A stretch of DNA of 64,000 nt from Euprymna scolopes (lineage: Eukaryota). The position numbers were made by a program, and so were the translations under genes. Every line of letters begins with the position of its first letter. Within the stretch, counting starts at the first letter, position 1. The notes beneath the pieces were generated by a model. It did not search any database. It had not been told where the DNA came from and saw only the letters and a list, made by a program, of their open reading frames with translations. The stretch lies in NCBI GenBank assembly GCA_053919585.1, contig CM132803.1; one strand, given 5' to 3'. This document shows, one piece after another, positions 25,972 to 38,081 of this stretch.

Positions 25972-26134
25972 TAAATATATCCAGTCGTTTCAAAATAACT
26001 ACGTAAATATATCTAGTCGTTTCAAAATAACTATGTAAATATATCCAGTCGTTTCAAAATAACTATGTAAATATATCCAGTCGTTTCAAAATAACTATGT
26101 AAATATATCCAGTCGTTTCAAAATAACTACGTAA
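25972..26134. repeat. 32-bp tandem repeat x5
   Basis: TAAATATATCCAGTCGTTTCAAAATAACTA(C/T)G, contiguous with no spacers. Confidence 0.95.
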
Positions 26135-27359
26135 GCGAACACAGTGTTTATAAATCTCTCGCTTGTGTGTAATAAGTTTGTTTTAAGTTAAAACAAGTCC
26201 TTGCTTATTTTTTATTTAACTTCATTAAGTTTTAAGAGACCTAGGGGATCCCTCATGGAGCAAACACTTGATTCTGTTATGATTTGGATTTATATCCGAG
26301 AGCTCTTTTAAGAAAAGATAATGGTCGTTATGTTACATAGTGTTATTACTTTGATGAATGTATTTCTTTTGCTCATGTTAAGAAGGATAAGAGTCTTAAG
26401 AGTGTTCATGGAAGTAAGAGATCTTTGAGGTTCATGTGTAAGTGTTCATGTTGTTAAGAAGAGATGATATGTTAACATATTGGTGACATTAATATTTATA
26501 TATAACGACAGAATACATATATTACAGGAGAGCCGACAGCTTGTAATACACAATGAGAGGAGATTTGATATATAGACAGATATACCGATAGTTTAACATT
26601 TATACTTGTGACAGTTCTGTGAACGGGAGTGTTTCTATAACATTTATAATCTGACACATATTTTAGATGATGATTTTATTAAGGTTCTTATAACATAAAT
26701 GGACAATACCTTTTCTGTTGAATAACAACACGACGACGCAGATACAAAACACATGATGATACGTTTATTTCATCTTCAACCGGTCGAATATGATTTTATC
26801 TCAGGGATTCAAAGTTGTTACATGGTTATTTCTAAAAGCCTCTCACTTCTAGAGGGTGCCTTGACTCTAACGGAGAATCGATCTGAACCTCTCTGCTTCT
26901 CTCCACTGACTGATTCCGATTCTTACTTATCTAACTAAATTCATTACTCATGACGTCATTGCACGACCGAGCACGTGTATATGAGACCCATGGCATGAAT
27001 CCTTCTCTAACCTAATTTTACGTAACTCACTTTACAATAACATTTTCCATTCTCTTTGTTTCATAAAGGAATGTAACCTATTTGTTAATTCTGTAACCCA
27101 AATTTCTATTATGTTTTCTTTCTAAGAATGTAAATAGTTTCTATCCAAATTGTATTATTAAATATTTTAACAGAATCAACAATTTAACTGGACATTCCAT
27201 TTATAACATCCTGTGTTTATTTTAACTTATGATTGGAATTCTCAATTCCAAGTATAGCTTTGTAAGTTCGAATCCTTGACTATCCTATTTCATATTTACA
27301 TTTAACTGATTCTCTATGTTTATACTTACATGAAAAGGGGACAGCCCTTATCATGTAAC

Positions 27360-27645
27360 AGTTACAGCTTGGTCTTCCAGGGATTGCTTCTAAGTATTTC
27401 TGAAGATTCTTTTTTATTAAGCTATCTGCCCCTATCATACCGTGTATAATGTTTATTTCCTTCAGAGACCATTTTATTTTCAGATGATTTTTTAGGTTAT
27501 TATATTTTGTTATCATTTTCCGTTTAGTTCTATTAAGGCCAAAATCATTTGGGACTGTAAGATCGATAATGAGCGCAGTTTTATTCGGGCTTGTTCCATA
27601 TTACAATATCTGGTTTGATGGTCTTGTCTTTTATGTATCTGCCTC
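27360..27645 (-). mobile_element. R4/Dong/NeSL-type non-LTR retrotransposon REL endonuclease fragment
   Basis: KPDIVIWNK..KTALIIDLTVPNDFGL...KMITKYNNLK..LKIKW...IIHGMIGADSLIKKNLQKYL: PD..D..K-type REL motif. Confidence 0.75.
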
Positions 27646-27659
27646 CCTGTATATCTTAG

Positions 27660-27915
27660 TATGTGTGTGCGAACAAGGGCGTGACTAAATGTGATCCACG
27701 TATTTCATTGAAAATAGCAAACACCAGGATGATAAAACAGGCTAGAAAAATAAACGTTTTCGTTAATTTATTCTTTTAATGAAATAAATTGTTTTAGAAT
27801 AAAATTTTCTCATAACATGTTTTGATAACATACATATAAACTGGATTGTTCTCACATTTTTGCATTTTTTTCGATTAGTAAAACATACAATGTTAATATT
27901 TTCGCCATCATACGT
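27660..27915 (+). repeat. Unclassified interspersed repeat, diverged homolog at 30205-30425
   Basis: Shared GCGTGACTAAA..GATCC, GCAAACACCAGGA, TTTATTCTTTT, TTCTCACA..TTTGCATTT..TTCGATTAGT.AAACA.ACAAT. Confidence 0.65.
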
Positions 27916-28108
27916 ATAAGGACCTTGGCAAGAAGCGCATGTTCTGCTATAATATTTAAGACACATATAGCTTTTTGATATCGACCTATATGTGCATCAT
28001 CATTTTTCGCTAAAATTTATATAGAGAGGATAAAATCGAATAAAAATTATTACCAGAACAGTAGCAGAAATTCACCAAATGCTAGCGAACAAAAGAAGAG
28101 ACCGCTTA

Positions 28109-29398
28109 CGGGGGATGTGCAATAAGTAATGCTCCTGACCCACTTTCCATAGCAGTAGAGCAACAAAACTTGACACAGTTATTAGTCTTTCTCAATATAG
28201 GAACCATCCAGACTTATGCATTTCTCCCATCGTTGGATGCAGCACTGAAGACCGTTTTTGTAGAACACCCCAGGTTGGTCCTCCTACCACGACGTGACTT
28301 CAGAAATAAAGGCTTCATCATCTGAGAAACGCTTTTCTTAAAAAAAAATTCATGGCTGGGAAGAGGTGAAAGTCAGAGGGTGCAAGGCCAGAAAAGTAGG
28401 GAGGATAGGAAGGATTTCATAACCAAACGCCCGTGCTTCTGCTCTGGTGACATGCGAGTTGTGGAGCGAAGCATTGTCCGGCAGGAGGAGGGTACCTTTG
28501 ATGATCTTGCCCCGCCTCTTGATTTTGATAGCTTCCCTTAATTTCCTCAAAAGTGAAGCATAATAGGCTCCTGTAATTGTGGTATCCTTTGCCAGGAAAT
28601 CTGTCATCACTACTCCGTCCTGGAACCAGAAGACCGTGAGCATGACCTTGCCAGCGGAAGGCTGCACCCTTGTCTTCGTAGGAGGTGGTGAGCCCAAGCG
28701 TTTCCACTGCATTAACTGGGGTTTGATCTCTGTATAATAGTAATGGACCTCGCTTTCATCCTGTATAATCAGTTTTCTGAAAAACTTGGACTCATCTTCT
28801 TGGCACATCTCCAAATTCATCCTCGAGCACTCGACGCGTTCTCGCTTCTGGAATGGCGTGAGCAACCTGCGAATCCATCTAGCAGACACCTTATGCATAT
28901 GCAAATGCTCATGAATGATAGTTTCCATATTCCCTGTACTAATCCTGACATTTTGGGCTATTTGAACAATAGTAATGCGCCGATCTTCCAAAATGGCAGC
29001 CTCAAGTTGACGGATAGATGCCTATTCAATGGCAGATGGGTGGGCGACCGGGTCTAGGAGCTGTTTCCACAGAGTTCCGGCCATGTTTGAATTCACGATG
29101 CCAGCGTTTTACAAGGTAATATGATAGGGAATTATCATCATACGTTTCTTTCATTTAATCAAAAGTCTCCTGTGGTATGCGTCATTTCAAATACAAAAAC
29201 CGGATCACTGCTCGACATTCAACAGGCTCCATTTCACACCTGAGTCAATTCAAACACCTGGAAAACAGAAACCAAAATTAGTTCAGAGCTGTAATTTGCC
29301 AGTAACCCGTAGAGATATAAATCATTGCACATGCAAAATTTCAGCTAGATCAGACAACTGAAAGTGGGTCAGAGGCATTACTTATTGCACGCACCTCG
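28109..29398 (-). mobile_element. Full-length mariner transposon, transposase inactivated
   Basis: ~39-bp TIRs (CG.GG..GTGCAATAAGTAATGC..CTGACCCACTTTC), TA at left; transposase ~29231-28182 MEPVECRAVIRFLYLK, WIRRLL (WVPRLL), QDES, DNA, PPYFSGLAPSDF, YIEKD*; several stops and frameshifts. Confidence 0.95.
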
Positions 29399-29789
29399 AA
29401 CATTATAGGCCTGTATATATAATGATGTTTATCAGCTTTTTTCACTTGTGAAGTAATCTATTTCGGCTTAAAGTTAATGCCGGTTGTCAATGGATAAAAC
29501 GCGTTGTTTCAAGGCCTTCCTCTTAATGGATCTTTTTTTCAGTAGACTTGTATAGAATGGTTTTTATCGTTTTTTTTTGCTTTGTTTTTTTTTAAAGATG
29601 GTATTTTACTTGAATTCTTTGTTTGGTTACTTCTAGTTGGGTATATGATTATGTTTTCTATTGCGAGGTATTTCATAGCGTCTTCAAAGTAATACCAGTT
29701 CGGCAGGAGAGAATACGCACCATTCTGGTGCGTTTCTCTCTACGGCTTGTTTGCATATACTAATAAGGCATATTATCTGCATTGCATTT

Positions 29790-30132
29790 GATTGGTTGGT
29801 TGTTTTTGTTTTACGGCATATCAACCCTTTTCGGGTTATTTAATGCCGAATCCAAAGATTTTGAAGAAAAATTTTTTAATAGAATATATTTGTTGTTTTC
29901 ACGTCGGTTACTATTCAACCCATAGTTGGGGCCCCAACAGGTACTACCACTCCGGATCAGAGTAGACCTGGGAGAAATGGTAATTAAAGGGTGGGTCCAC
30001 ACTCCTCAAAGCCCACAATCTGGGGCCTTACCACTGGATATAGGTTAAAGCCATATCCAGGACCCCCATTGATGGACTTTTACCCTCTGCAGGGGAGCAG
30101 TCGGAGTATTCTAATGCCCCACCGACAGGGCC
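29790..30132 (-). repeat. Unclassified GC-richer interspersed repeat (SINE-like)
   Basis: Sharp compositional boundaries; minus strand starts GCCCTGTCGGTGGGGCATTAGAATACTCCGACTGC and ends in an (AACC)n tail; single copy in window. Confidence 0.4.
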
Positions 30133-30204
30133 TGCATTGCATTTAAATAAACTGCTCAATACGATAAAAAAGACGTTTAAAAACCAAACAGGCCCTAGAT
30201 TAAT

Positions 30205-30613
30205 GTCCGTACACACATGTGCGTGACTAAAACAGGATCCCCTTATTGTATATGCAAACACCAGGAGAGTAAAGTAGGTATAAAAAGTTTTTTGTTTATT
30301 TATTCTTTTGATAAAATAAAAGTACTTTTGTCGTAACATTTTTTTTAAATATCTGAGTTATTCTCACACTCTTTGCATTTCTGTTCGATTAGTCAAACAC
30401 ACAATATAAACATTTTTGCCCTCTTTCGTTTATCCCTAGGCACAACCAATTTTGCTTACAGTAGTGCTCTCGAGGCTTCATGAATTTTATTTTTTTCACT
30501 TATCACTTTCAAAAATGTTCTCTCAAGACAATAAATACAATATCCTTTTAAAATGACCTTTTCTATTGGACATCTATAGTCTTACCCCTAAAATCGCCAA
30601 CGGGTGGACTAGT
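30205..30613 (+). mobile_element. Second copy of the 27660 repeat, ending in a Helitron-like terminus
   Basis: Homology to 27660-27915; ends CCCC...CGGGTGGACTAG followed by T. Confidence 0.45.
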
Positions 30614-30910
30614 ATTCTATAAAAATATAATACGGTAAATCTCTAGTAAAGAATTAGTAATTTCTAGGCTAATGCAAAAATACAACGGTATTTTTTTCTG
30701 AAAATTTATAACAGAATTATTTTTTGATGGGATTTCTGTGTTACCTGTTTTAGATAATAATCCATTTATATTAATTTTGTCTTGTAATCATATTCATATT
30801 TTCTACGGTTTGTTGGTATATTTAATACAAATATAGATTTGTATCTATTCTTTTACAATTTGTATTCCACATTATTTCCACCATCTGTAAATATTATTCA
30901 TGTTTCCTAT

Positions 30911-30947
<37 letters not shown>

Positions 30948-31215
30948 TAGATATTTATCGTTTCTGTTTTTACATATCACAACACTAACTTTTCTTGCGC
31001 ATAATTATATAGATAGTTCTGGATGCGTTATATAAAATATTCCATATTTTTTAAAACTCACGGTAAATTTCATCTTATTTTTCATGTCTCTTTATAATGA
31101 TGCCATTCGAATATAATTGAAAAAGAAAAGGTTCTTAACACGTGAAATAGTATATAATGCGTATTTTAACCATGTTTCGTACCTTTTAATGCGATATGTT
31201 TAAGTATATTTAAAA

Positions 31216-31284
<69 letters not shown>

Positions 31285-32035
31285 CTAGCAAAAGTACCCA
31301 TCGTTGACTGGGTTCAAAAACAGCCTACAGAAAATGGACTCTGATTAATGAAAGTATGATAGGTTATGAATAGGAAGGGTTGTAGAGATATAGCTTCGAA
31401 TTTGGGGGTATCAAAACCAAAGCAAAATATGATGAAAGTAAAAATAAAATACATAAACCCCATAATTTATTATACCATACGTGTGCACACTGAAACATTT
31501 ATCACAATATTCTGTGCATCTATATTATAAAAGAACTTGTTATCTTCGTAACACATTCTCATTCTATGGAGGTCAGGCGCGAATGAACACCCCATAATTT
31601 TATTATCCCATATTTCTTCAAACTTAAACATTATTATCAAAGTATACTTACACAGATAGATATGAAAAGTCTTTATTAAATTGTGTGCCTATTTCCATTC
31701 TATGGAGGCCAGGCGCAAACGCAGACCCCCACAACTTTATTATACCATCACTATTTAAGGTAAAACATACTTATCAAAGTATTATTATGTACATCCATAT
31801 CAAAAACACTTGTAAACGTTTTTTTTTATTTTTAATTTTTTTATTTCCATACTTTGTGGACCAGGCGCATACGCGGACCCCACAATTTTATTGAAACATC
31901 TGCCAGATCAAACATACCCATTCCTGTGCCTCTATACATCGTCTATCATAATATGCAATCAGTTTTTTTTTTTAAATAGTCAACCATATAGTAGCCTATT
32001 TGTGACCAGACACACACAAACACACAGACATTCGG

Positions 32036-32040
<5 letters not shown>
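31285..32040 (-). mobile_element. Non-autonomous Helitron family H1 copy 3
   Basis: CTAGCAAAAGTACCCATCGTTGACTGGG terminus in (TA)n; colinear with copies 1 and 2. Confidence 0.88.
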
Positions 32041-32090
<50 letters not shown>

Positions 32091-32099
32091 TATATTTAG

Positions 32100-33535
32100 G
32101 CAACCTTTTTTTCTTTTATGCACGTTTCATTAAACAGCACAGATAACTCTTTATTGTTTTTCTTGTAATCCTCCTTTTCTCTTTGTCGGACCATTTTTCG
32201 AACGTTTTGTTCCGAGTGAAAAAGGAAATTCCCCATAATTGCGAACGTTTTCGACCTCCATTGGTCATCATCAGGCGAGTAGATAAAAGTAAAATGAAAT
32301 GGAAAGACGATTAAAAGATGATTAAAAGACGATTAAAAGACGATTAAAAGACGATTAAAATCGCTTAAAATCATTAAAATACTCAAAAGCACTTGAACGT
32401 GCCCTCCGTTTCGTTTTGAGTCTGGCTAATCGTTGGTTTATTAATGTGGATTAACAATGCCTCAAAGTTCGGTAGGCGCACCTCGCAATATGATGCAGTT
32501 AAAATGGCCGTATTATTTATTAATATGTCTCTAAACTCATTTTTAGGGGTGTGGCGTGCTATGAGGTGCGGATAAATTGAACTATTCGGGGAAGACAGGT
32601 GGCATGTTAAACGACGGGAGATGCTGGTTCGAGTCATGCTAATGTACGAATTATTTTTGGAGACGTATTCTCCTATGGGACATTAAAAGATGTATACGGC
32701 ATTTGTAGTTTTCAGCATACTGCCATCGGATGTAAGGTTATTTTTTATTAATGATTGGCTAGTTATTTTAGAGTTTTTTTCTGTGGTTACGACATATTTG
32801 TGTACAATATATTCTATTATTTTTTCGTCTAATTTGTAATTCCCATGCATCTAGTTACAATAATATATGCCAATGTTATTATTCTTATTATTAATGGTAG
32901 TTAAAAGTGTATAATCTGCTTGTCAACTATGTAGTTTGGGAAGCCGTTATTAATTAAAGTTTGTTTTACGGTCGAAAGTGGTTTATAGAATAGTTCGTTA
33001 GTGGAGGAATTACGTTTAGTTCTGTAGATGAGATTTTTTACGACAGCTATTTTGTATCTATCAGGGCATTCGCTTGTGTAATTAAGAAGACATGATTCCT
33101 TACTGGTAGTGTTTTTGTATGGGTGAGTAGTAAATTTATCGATTTCGACTTTTATTTCCATATTGAGGAAGGGGATACTATTGTTTATATTTGTTTCGTG
33201 TGTGAAATTTAGTATAGAATTATTTTTAAGAGCGGGTTTAATGTTTATTAATTCGTCGAGGTTTCCGTAAATAAGAGTATATCATCTACGTACCTGACGT
33301 AGATAGATAGTTTTGCTATTGTATTGAAAACTTTGGTTTCTGGGTTGGTCATGTAGAATTCGGAAAACGACGGGCCTAGAGCAGAACCCATTGAAACACC
33401 GTCGACCTGGGTATGAAGTTTGTCATTGGGGCCGTAGAAGGGGACTTCTGTGGTAAAGGAAATCAATAGTTTTCGTAGTGTACCGGGGTTAATTGTAAGT
33501 GTGGGAAGAGTGGGATTATGATATATATTGTTAAT
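32100..33535 (-). mobile_element. 5'-truncated Penelope-like element (RT + GIY-YIG + pLTR)
   Basis: QVDGVSMGSALGP, YVRYVDDILLF, LNYTSECPDRYKIAVV..LINNGFP; GIY-YIG NAVYIF..CP..SYISMTRTSISRRLTCH..FEALLIHINKP; 11-bp tandem AAGACGATTAA at 32304-32370. Confidence 0.92.
32238..32278 (-). ncRNA. Minimal type-I hammerhead ribozyme in the Penelope pLTR
   Basis: Minus: tcgc CTGATGA T GACC-aatgga-GGTC GAAA ACG TTC^ gcaa; palindromic stem III AACGTT. Confidence 0.75.
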
Positions 33536-33548
33536 TATTATATATATA

Positions 33549-33622
<74 letters not shown>

Positions 33623-33723
33623 CTTGTTTAGTTCCTTATTAAACGGGCCGTAACGTAATTGGATATAAATTTTAATAAATAAAACCTCAGTTATTGGAAG
33701 TTATCCACATATCTAGCAATATG

Positions 33724-33930
33724 CAGGGTGACCCAAAATAACGGGTCCAACCTATAATTGGGCCCCGTTTCTTAGTGTTTTATCCGAATGAAATGAAACT
33801 TTGATCATAACTAGTTTATTATATTCCAAACATCACATCAAAACACTAGGGTCTTTGGAGTTTTTTCTCCGTTCTACAGCATATGTTCTAGATGGCCTCC
33901 ATTTAGCTTTTCTTTTTTGGGGTCACTCTG
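33724..33930. mobile_element. Tc1/mariner-type MITE
   Basis: TIRs CAGGGTGACCCAAAA / TTTTGGGGTCACTCTG, TA at right end. Confidence 0.65.
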
Positions 33931-33961
<31 letters not shown>

Positions 33962-34066
33962 TTATATATAGAGAGAGATAGATAGATAGATATGAGCATT
34001 TAGATGTCGTTACACAATTATAAACCTTTTTTAATCAATCTATTTTAAGAACTAGAGATGTCCTCA

Positions 34067-34123
<57 letters not shown>

Positions 34124-34144
34124 TATATAATTGCTTTTTACTAT

Positions 34145-34320
34145 AATAAATACATACCTATAGACACTAGTGTTTCATCCTTTCGGAAATCTTCTGTACA
34201 GGGTGTCACGATTAACACCAGTTGAACGATTCGAACTCGGCAACGCTAGACATCTCTGGCTCGATTAGCAAAGGTCGTATCAATTCGGCTACCATTAACC
34301 ACGTGAAATAGCGTTGAATT
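34145..34320 (-). mobile_element. tRNA(Ser-GCT-like)-headed SINE-like element with hammerhead (copy 2)
   Basis: Minus: A-box-like TAGCCGAATTG, TGCTAAT, variable-arm-like hairpin, B-box GAGTTCGAATC; then CCTGTA CAGAAGA TTTCC-GAAA-GGAT GAAAC ACTAGT GTC^ TATAGG (34157-34202). Confidence 0.65.
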
Positions 34321-34491
34321 TAAACATTTTAATTTCAAATATTGTTTACGTCAGTCAGACAGTGATCTAATCGTTATACGATGATCTATGCATGAGAGCT
34401 AAATGGACCGACTTTAATTCAACTGAAAGTGCTCAACGATCAGAAACGAATTTCTTAAAGGGGATGTCATAATTATTTTTTTACTATAGTT

Positions 34492-35255
34492 ATTTTTTTT
34501 TTTTTTTTTTACATTTTCACCCCAAACAAGGCACATTGCCACTCAGGTGTAGGGGGCTACTATCAGGTCAGCAACTACTGGGGCACTATGTAGGGATTTT
34601 GGCAGCAAGATGTCGGTTCACGTTGCATTTGAACTTCTGCATGTCAGTACAGTTAGGGAAGCAGGATCCTGGAATGGAATTCCAGAATCTAGCGGTTCTG
34701 GGGAAGAAACTACTGGAGTATAAAGATCTTTTACATCTAGGGATCTCTACTGTGTGGGGTGGGATTTAGCTGCCTGTCGGGTTTGTCGAGGGTGTCTGCG
34801 TCGTGGGGGCACAAGTGTCTGCAGTTCGTCAGACCATTCACCATTAAAATACTTGTAGAACAAGCAGAGGGATGCAACGTTTCGTCGATGGGACAGAGGC
34901 TGAAGCTTAGATGCCAGTTTAGGGCCTATCAGATTGGCGACTCTTTTTTGAACCTTGTCTAGGATCGAGAGACTAGTAGTAGACGCACCAGCCCAAATGT
35001 GACAACAATACTCCATACATGTGCGAATGGTGGCCTTATAGAGATAAGGATACTTTCAGGTGTCAGTAGTCACTGGCCATTGCTATTGGTGGCAGAGAAG
35101 GTTTCTTGTAGTTCTTGAAGGAAACCAGTTTAGTCTTGGCAGCATTGAATGTGACCATCCATTTATGTCCCCATTCCACTACAGATTGGAGGTCATCCTC
35201 TAGTGTTTTTGCCATTTCTTTAGATATGTGTTCATTTGTTTTTCTGTCATGCCTG
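34492..35255 (-). mobile_element. 5'-truncated LINE family A
   Basis: MEYCCHIWAGAS..LQPLSHRRNVASLCLFYKYFNG; family A 3' UTR and poly-T; internal deletion near 35070. Confidence 0.92.
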
Positions 35256-35330
35256 TTATATATACATATATATATGTATATATATAATTATATATATAAT
35301 AAGTATTTATATACATATATATATGTAGAA

Positions 35331-35363
<33 letters not shown>

Positions 35364-35529
35364 ATATACGTGCACATTAACATATATATGTAACGATTCC
35401 TTTTTTAGATCTAGCAACTATAAAAGAGGAACGAATTAAAATAAGAAACTAGTAAAAAATAAACATAAACAGTGCAAAATTTAATTTGGTAATATTTTTA
35501 AATTTCCTTTTTGTTTAAGCTCACACGCA

Positions 35530-35605
<76 letters not shown>

Positions 35606-36177
35606 TCATGCATAGAATGTTTTAGACATTTTACCGGTTACTTCATCCTCTTTATACCCCATGCATTACTATGAATCAGAAGTTTAAAACATGTGTTTCG
35701 ACACTACACTAGTTTTCTTTTTCTTATTTTATTTATTACCTAAAGATTGTAGAAATAATGAAAATATAACAAAACTCAAACACTAAACTTCAAGCCTTTC
35801 CTTAATTATGCACATGTGTCTTTATTTATCCCGGAGAAGAAGTATTATTAATTTTCCTATGAGTAATTTTTTCAAGGTAGACTTACCCAGTTAATAACGT
35901 TGACATATCTGTATTTTACTTGTGGTTGTGTCAATTTGAGGAAATAACAATTTTAATTATAATAAAGACCGAGATAACATGTATCTCGCTTTGTAGCATA
36001 TGGGGTGTATTCTATTTGCAGCATATTCGAGTCTTACATTCGACTGGCGAACCGACTGGCGTGTTGCACCACTCTTCAGCTATTGTATTTGTTCATCCGT
36101 TCAATATATTTTGTGTTTACTAATAAATTGTTGTTCACTCCAAACCACGCGTAGTCGCAGTTTAGTCTGTTTGATGA

Positions 36178-36552
36178 AACAAACACACGCACACATGCAA
36201 GCATGCAAATACACACACGCGCAATCACAGGCACACACACACGCAAACACGCAACCATACAAGTACGCAAGCACACTGGCACACACAAACACAAGCAAAC
36301 ACACACATATACACTCACACGAACTCACACACACAAGCAAACACACGCACACATGCACACACACGCAAGCACTCACTCACATACGCCCACAGAAACCCAT
36401 GCACACATAAACACAGGCACGCAAGCATGTAAACTGTCACACACAATAACACAAACACAAAACTTACATACACACGTACAAACACGAAAAATCGCAAACT
36501 CGCAATTATGCACACCCACTAATAAGTACGCGCACACATACACGCACACATA
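36178..36552. repeat. Degenerate (CA)n low-complexity tract
   Basis: CACACGCACACATGCAAGCA-type repeats; source of the spurious HT/CV ORFs. Confidence 0.9.
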
Positions 36553-36604
36553 ACCTTGGCAAATAGTCAGGAGCAGACAGTTTGAAGGCTGCCAAATAAG
36601 ACAT

Positions 36605-36752
36605 AAGGAGATTTTTAAGTATATAAACTGAAATTTTGACAGTGTAAATGCTCCCACATAACACATGAGTTTTTAAGTATGTAAACCTTAACTTGTAGAC
36701 AGATAAAATACTTCCAAATCACACGTAAAGAGATTTTTAAGTATATAAACTC
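36605..36752. repeat. Diverged ~60-bp tandem repeat
   Basis: GAG(A)TTTTTAAGTAT(A/G)TAAAC three times. Confidence 0.6.
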
Positions 36753-37889
36753 TAAAATACTGGTTATAAACACGGGTCTCGGCTATAAGAAACGCTTAAT
36801 CCATTTTTAATTTTTTTATTTAGCTAATTTATAAAGTATTTTAGTCAATTGCACTAAAAAATTAGAGGTCTATGTGACTTTTATAAAGCAAAGAGCAATT
36901 AATGTTTATTAGTGCCGCTGTGTCGAACAAACAGTGATTTTTTATGATGTATGTAAAAAGAAAAGTTTAGCACGGTAGTGTAATTGCTTAATACAAAATA
37001 GCATTACGGTATATTAATGTATGAATGAAAGCATATTATTGTGGGTGTATTTTATATATAACAATTGCCTGTAAAGTATAAAGTGGGGCCATATTGGTAA
37101 ATGTATAGAGCGGTCGTTTTTGGAATAAATTAGTATTAGCTAATGAGCTTTAGCAGAATGTAAAAAGGGAGAAATTATTTTTTTATTGGGAAATAGAAGG
37201 TTATTTATGGATATTAATATATGACCCAATTAAAAAGGGCGCGATACAGTATTTGTTGAATGTCTAAAATTCTTCTCATAATTACTGGGAACGGTTTTTA
37301 GAGGAAAAATGAGAATTATTTCCTTTAAACATGGTTTCGATAGTTATGCCGTCGCTGCTAGGATGTAATGTAAGATTTTATTATAATGATAAAATGTGAC
37401 GTTAATGGCATTCAAAAGTTAGATAAGGTTGTGGATAATAGTGTAGACATAATAAATTTGTATGTGGCATCTGTTGTTGCAAACTTACGTACATTTCCTC
37501 CAGAGGGGAATTTCTGCAATCAGAATATGATACGTGGAAGATAACATCTATACGCGACCACACCTTCTACTTACAATATTGAATTTTAACATTTAAAAGA
37601 ATTATATAATAAAATGATAATATGTTATTATAGAATCTGCTGCCAATTTTTTTTTAAATCTCAGCAAATCCCATTCTGATATTGTAGCAAAATGTAGTAG
37701 AGAAAAATCAAAAACAAAGATAGGAAATAGTCAGTTTCGCCCTTCACCGCCTAGAAGAGAAGGATTTTTTCGCTGTAATGACTGTAGAGAAAGAAGGAGA
37801 CAGAAAAAAGGCAGAAGAAACTGGTTTCTCGCAGATTTGTGGTTCGTCACAAAGAAGAATCCAACCGTCAAAACCACCTACGCACAATA

Positions 37890-38081
37890 ACACTGCCTGG
37901 CTGCTTCCCGGCGTCCTGCCTTTATAGCGGCCGGGAATTATATATTTGAATAATCGCGCGAGAGCACACGCGATTCTACGAGAATTGCATTGGGTCATCG
38001 CCAATAAACCCCCATGGATGCCATCTTGAAACCTTCTTCCGCTCGGCCCACAACACAACAACAGACGCATCCGAGGTAAGC
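37890..38081 (+). promoter_or_regulatory. Candidate promoter / first exon with strong 5' splice donor
   Basis: CpG-rich non-repeat island, TATA-like TTATATATTT at ~37938, ATG at 38014 and GAG|GTAAGC donor at 38075/38076; no long ORF. Confidence 0.3.

Noticed and set aside
25972-26134. 32-bp repeat x5 as a CRISPR array
   Set aside because: Units are contiguous with no spacers, there are no cas genes and the context is eukaryotic
26270-27000. Solo LTRs
   Set aside because: TG..CA candidates lack a TSD or second copy
36000-36666. His/Thr- and Cys/Val-rich ORFs
   Set aside because: Translations of a degenerate (CA)n tract; the IYIY ORFs elsewhere are (TA)n read-through
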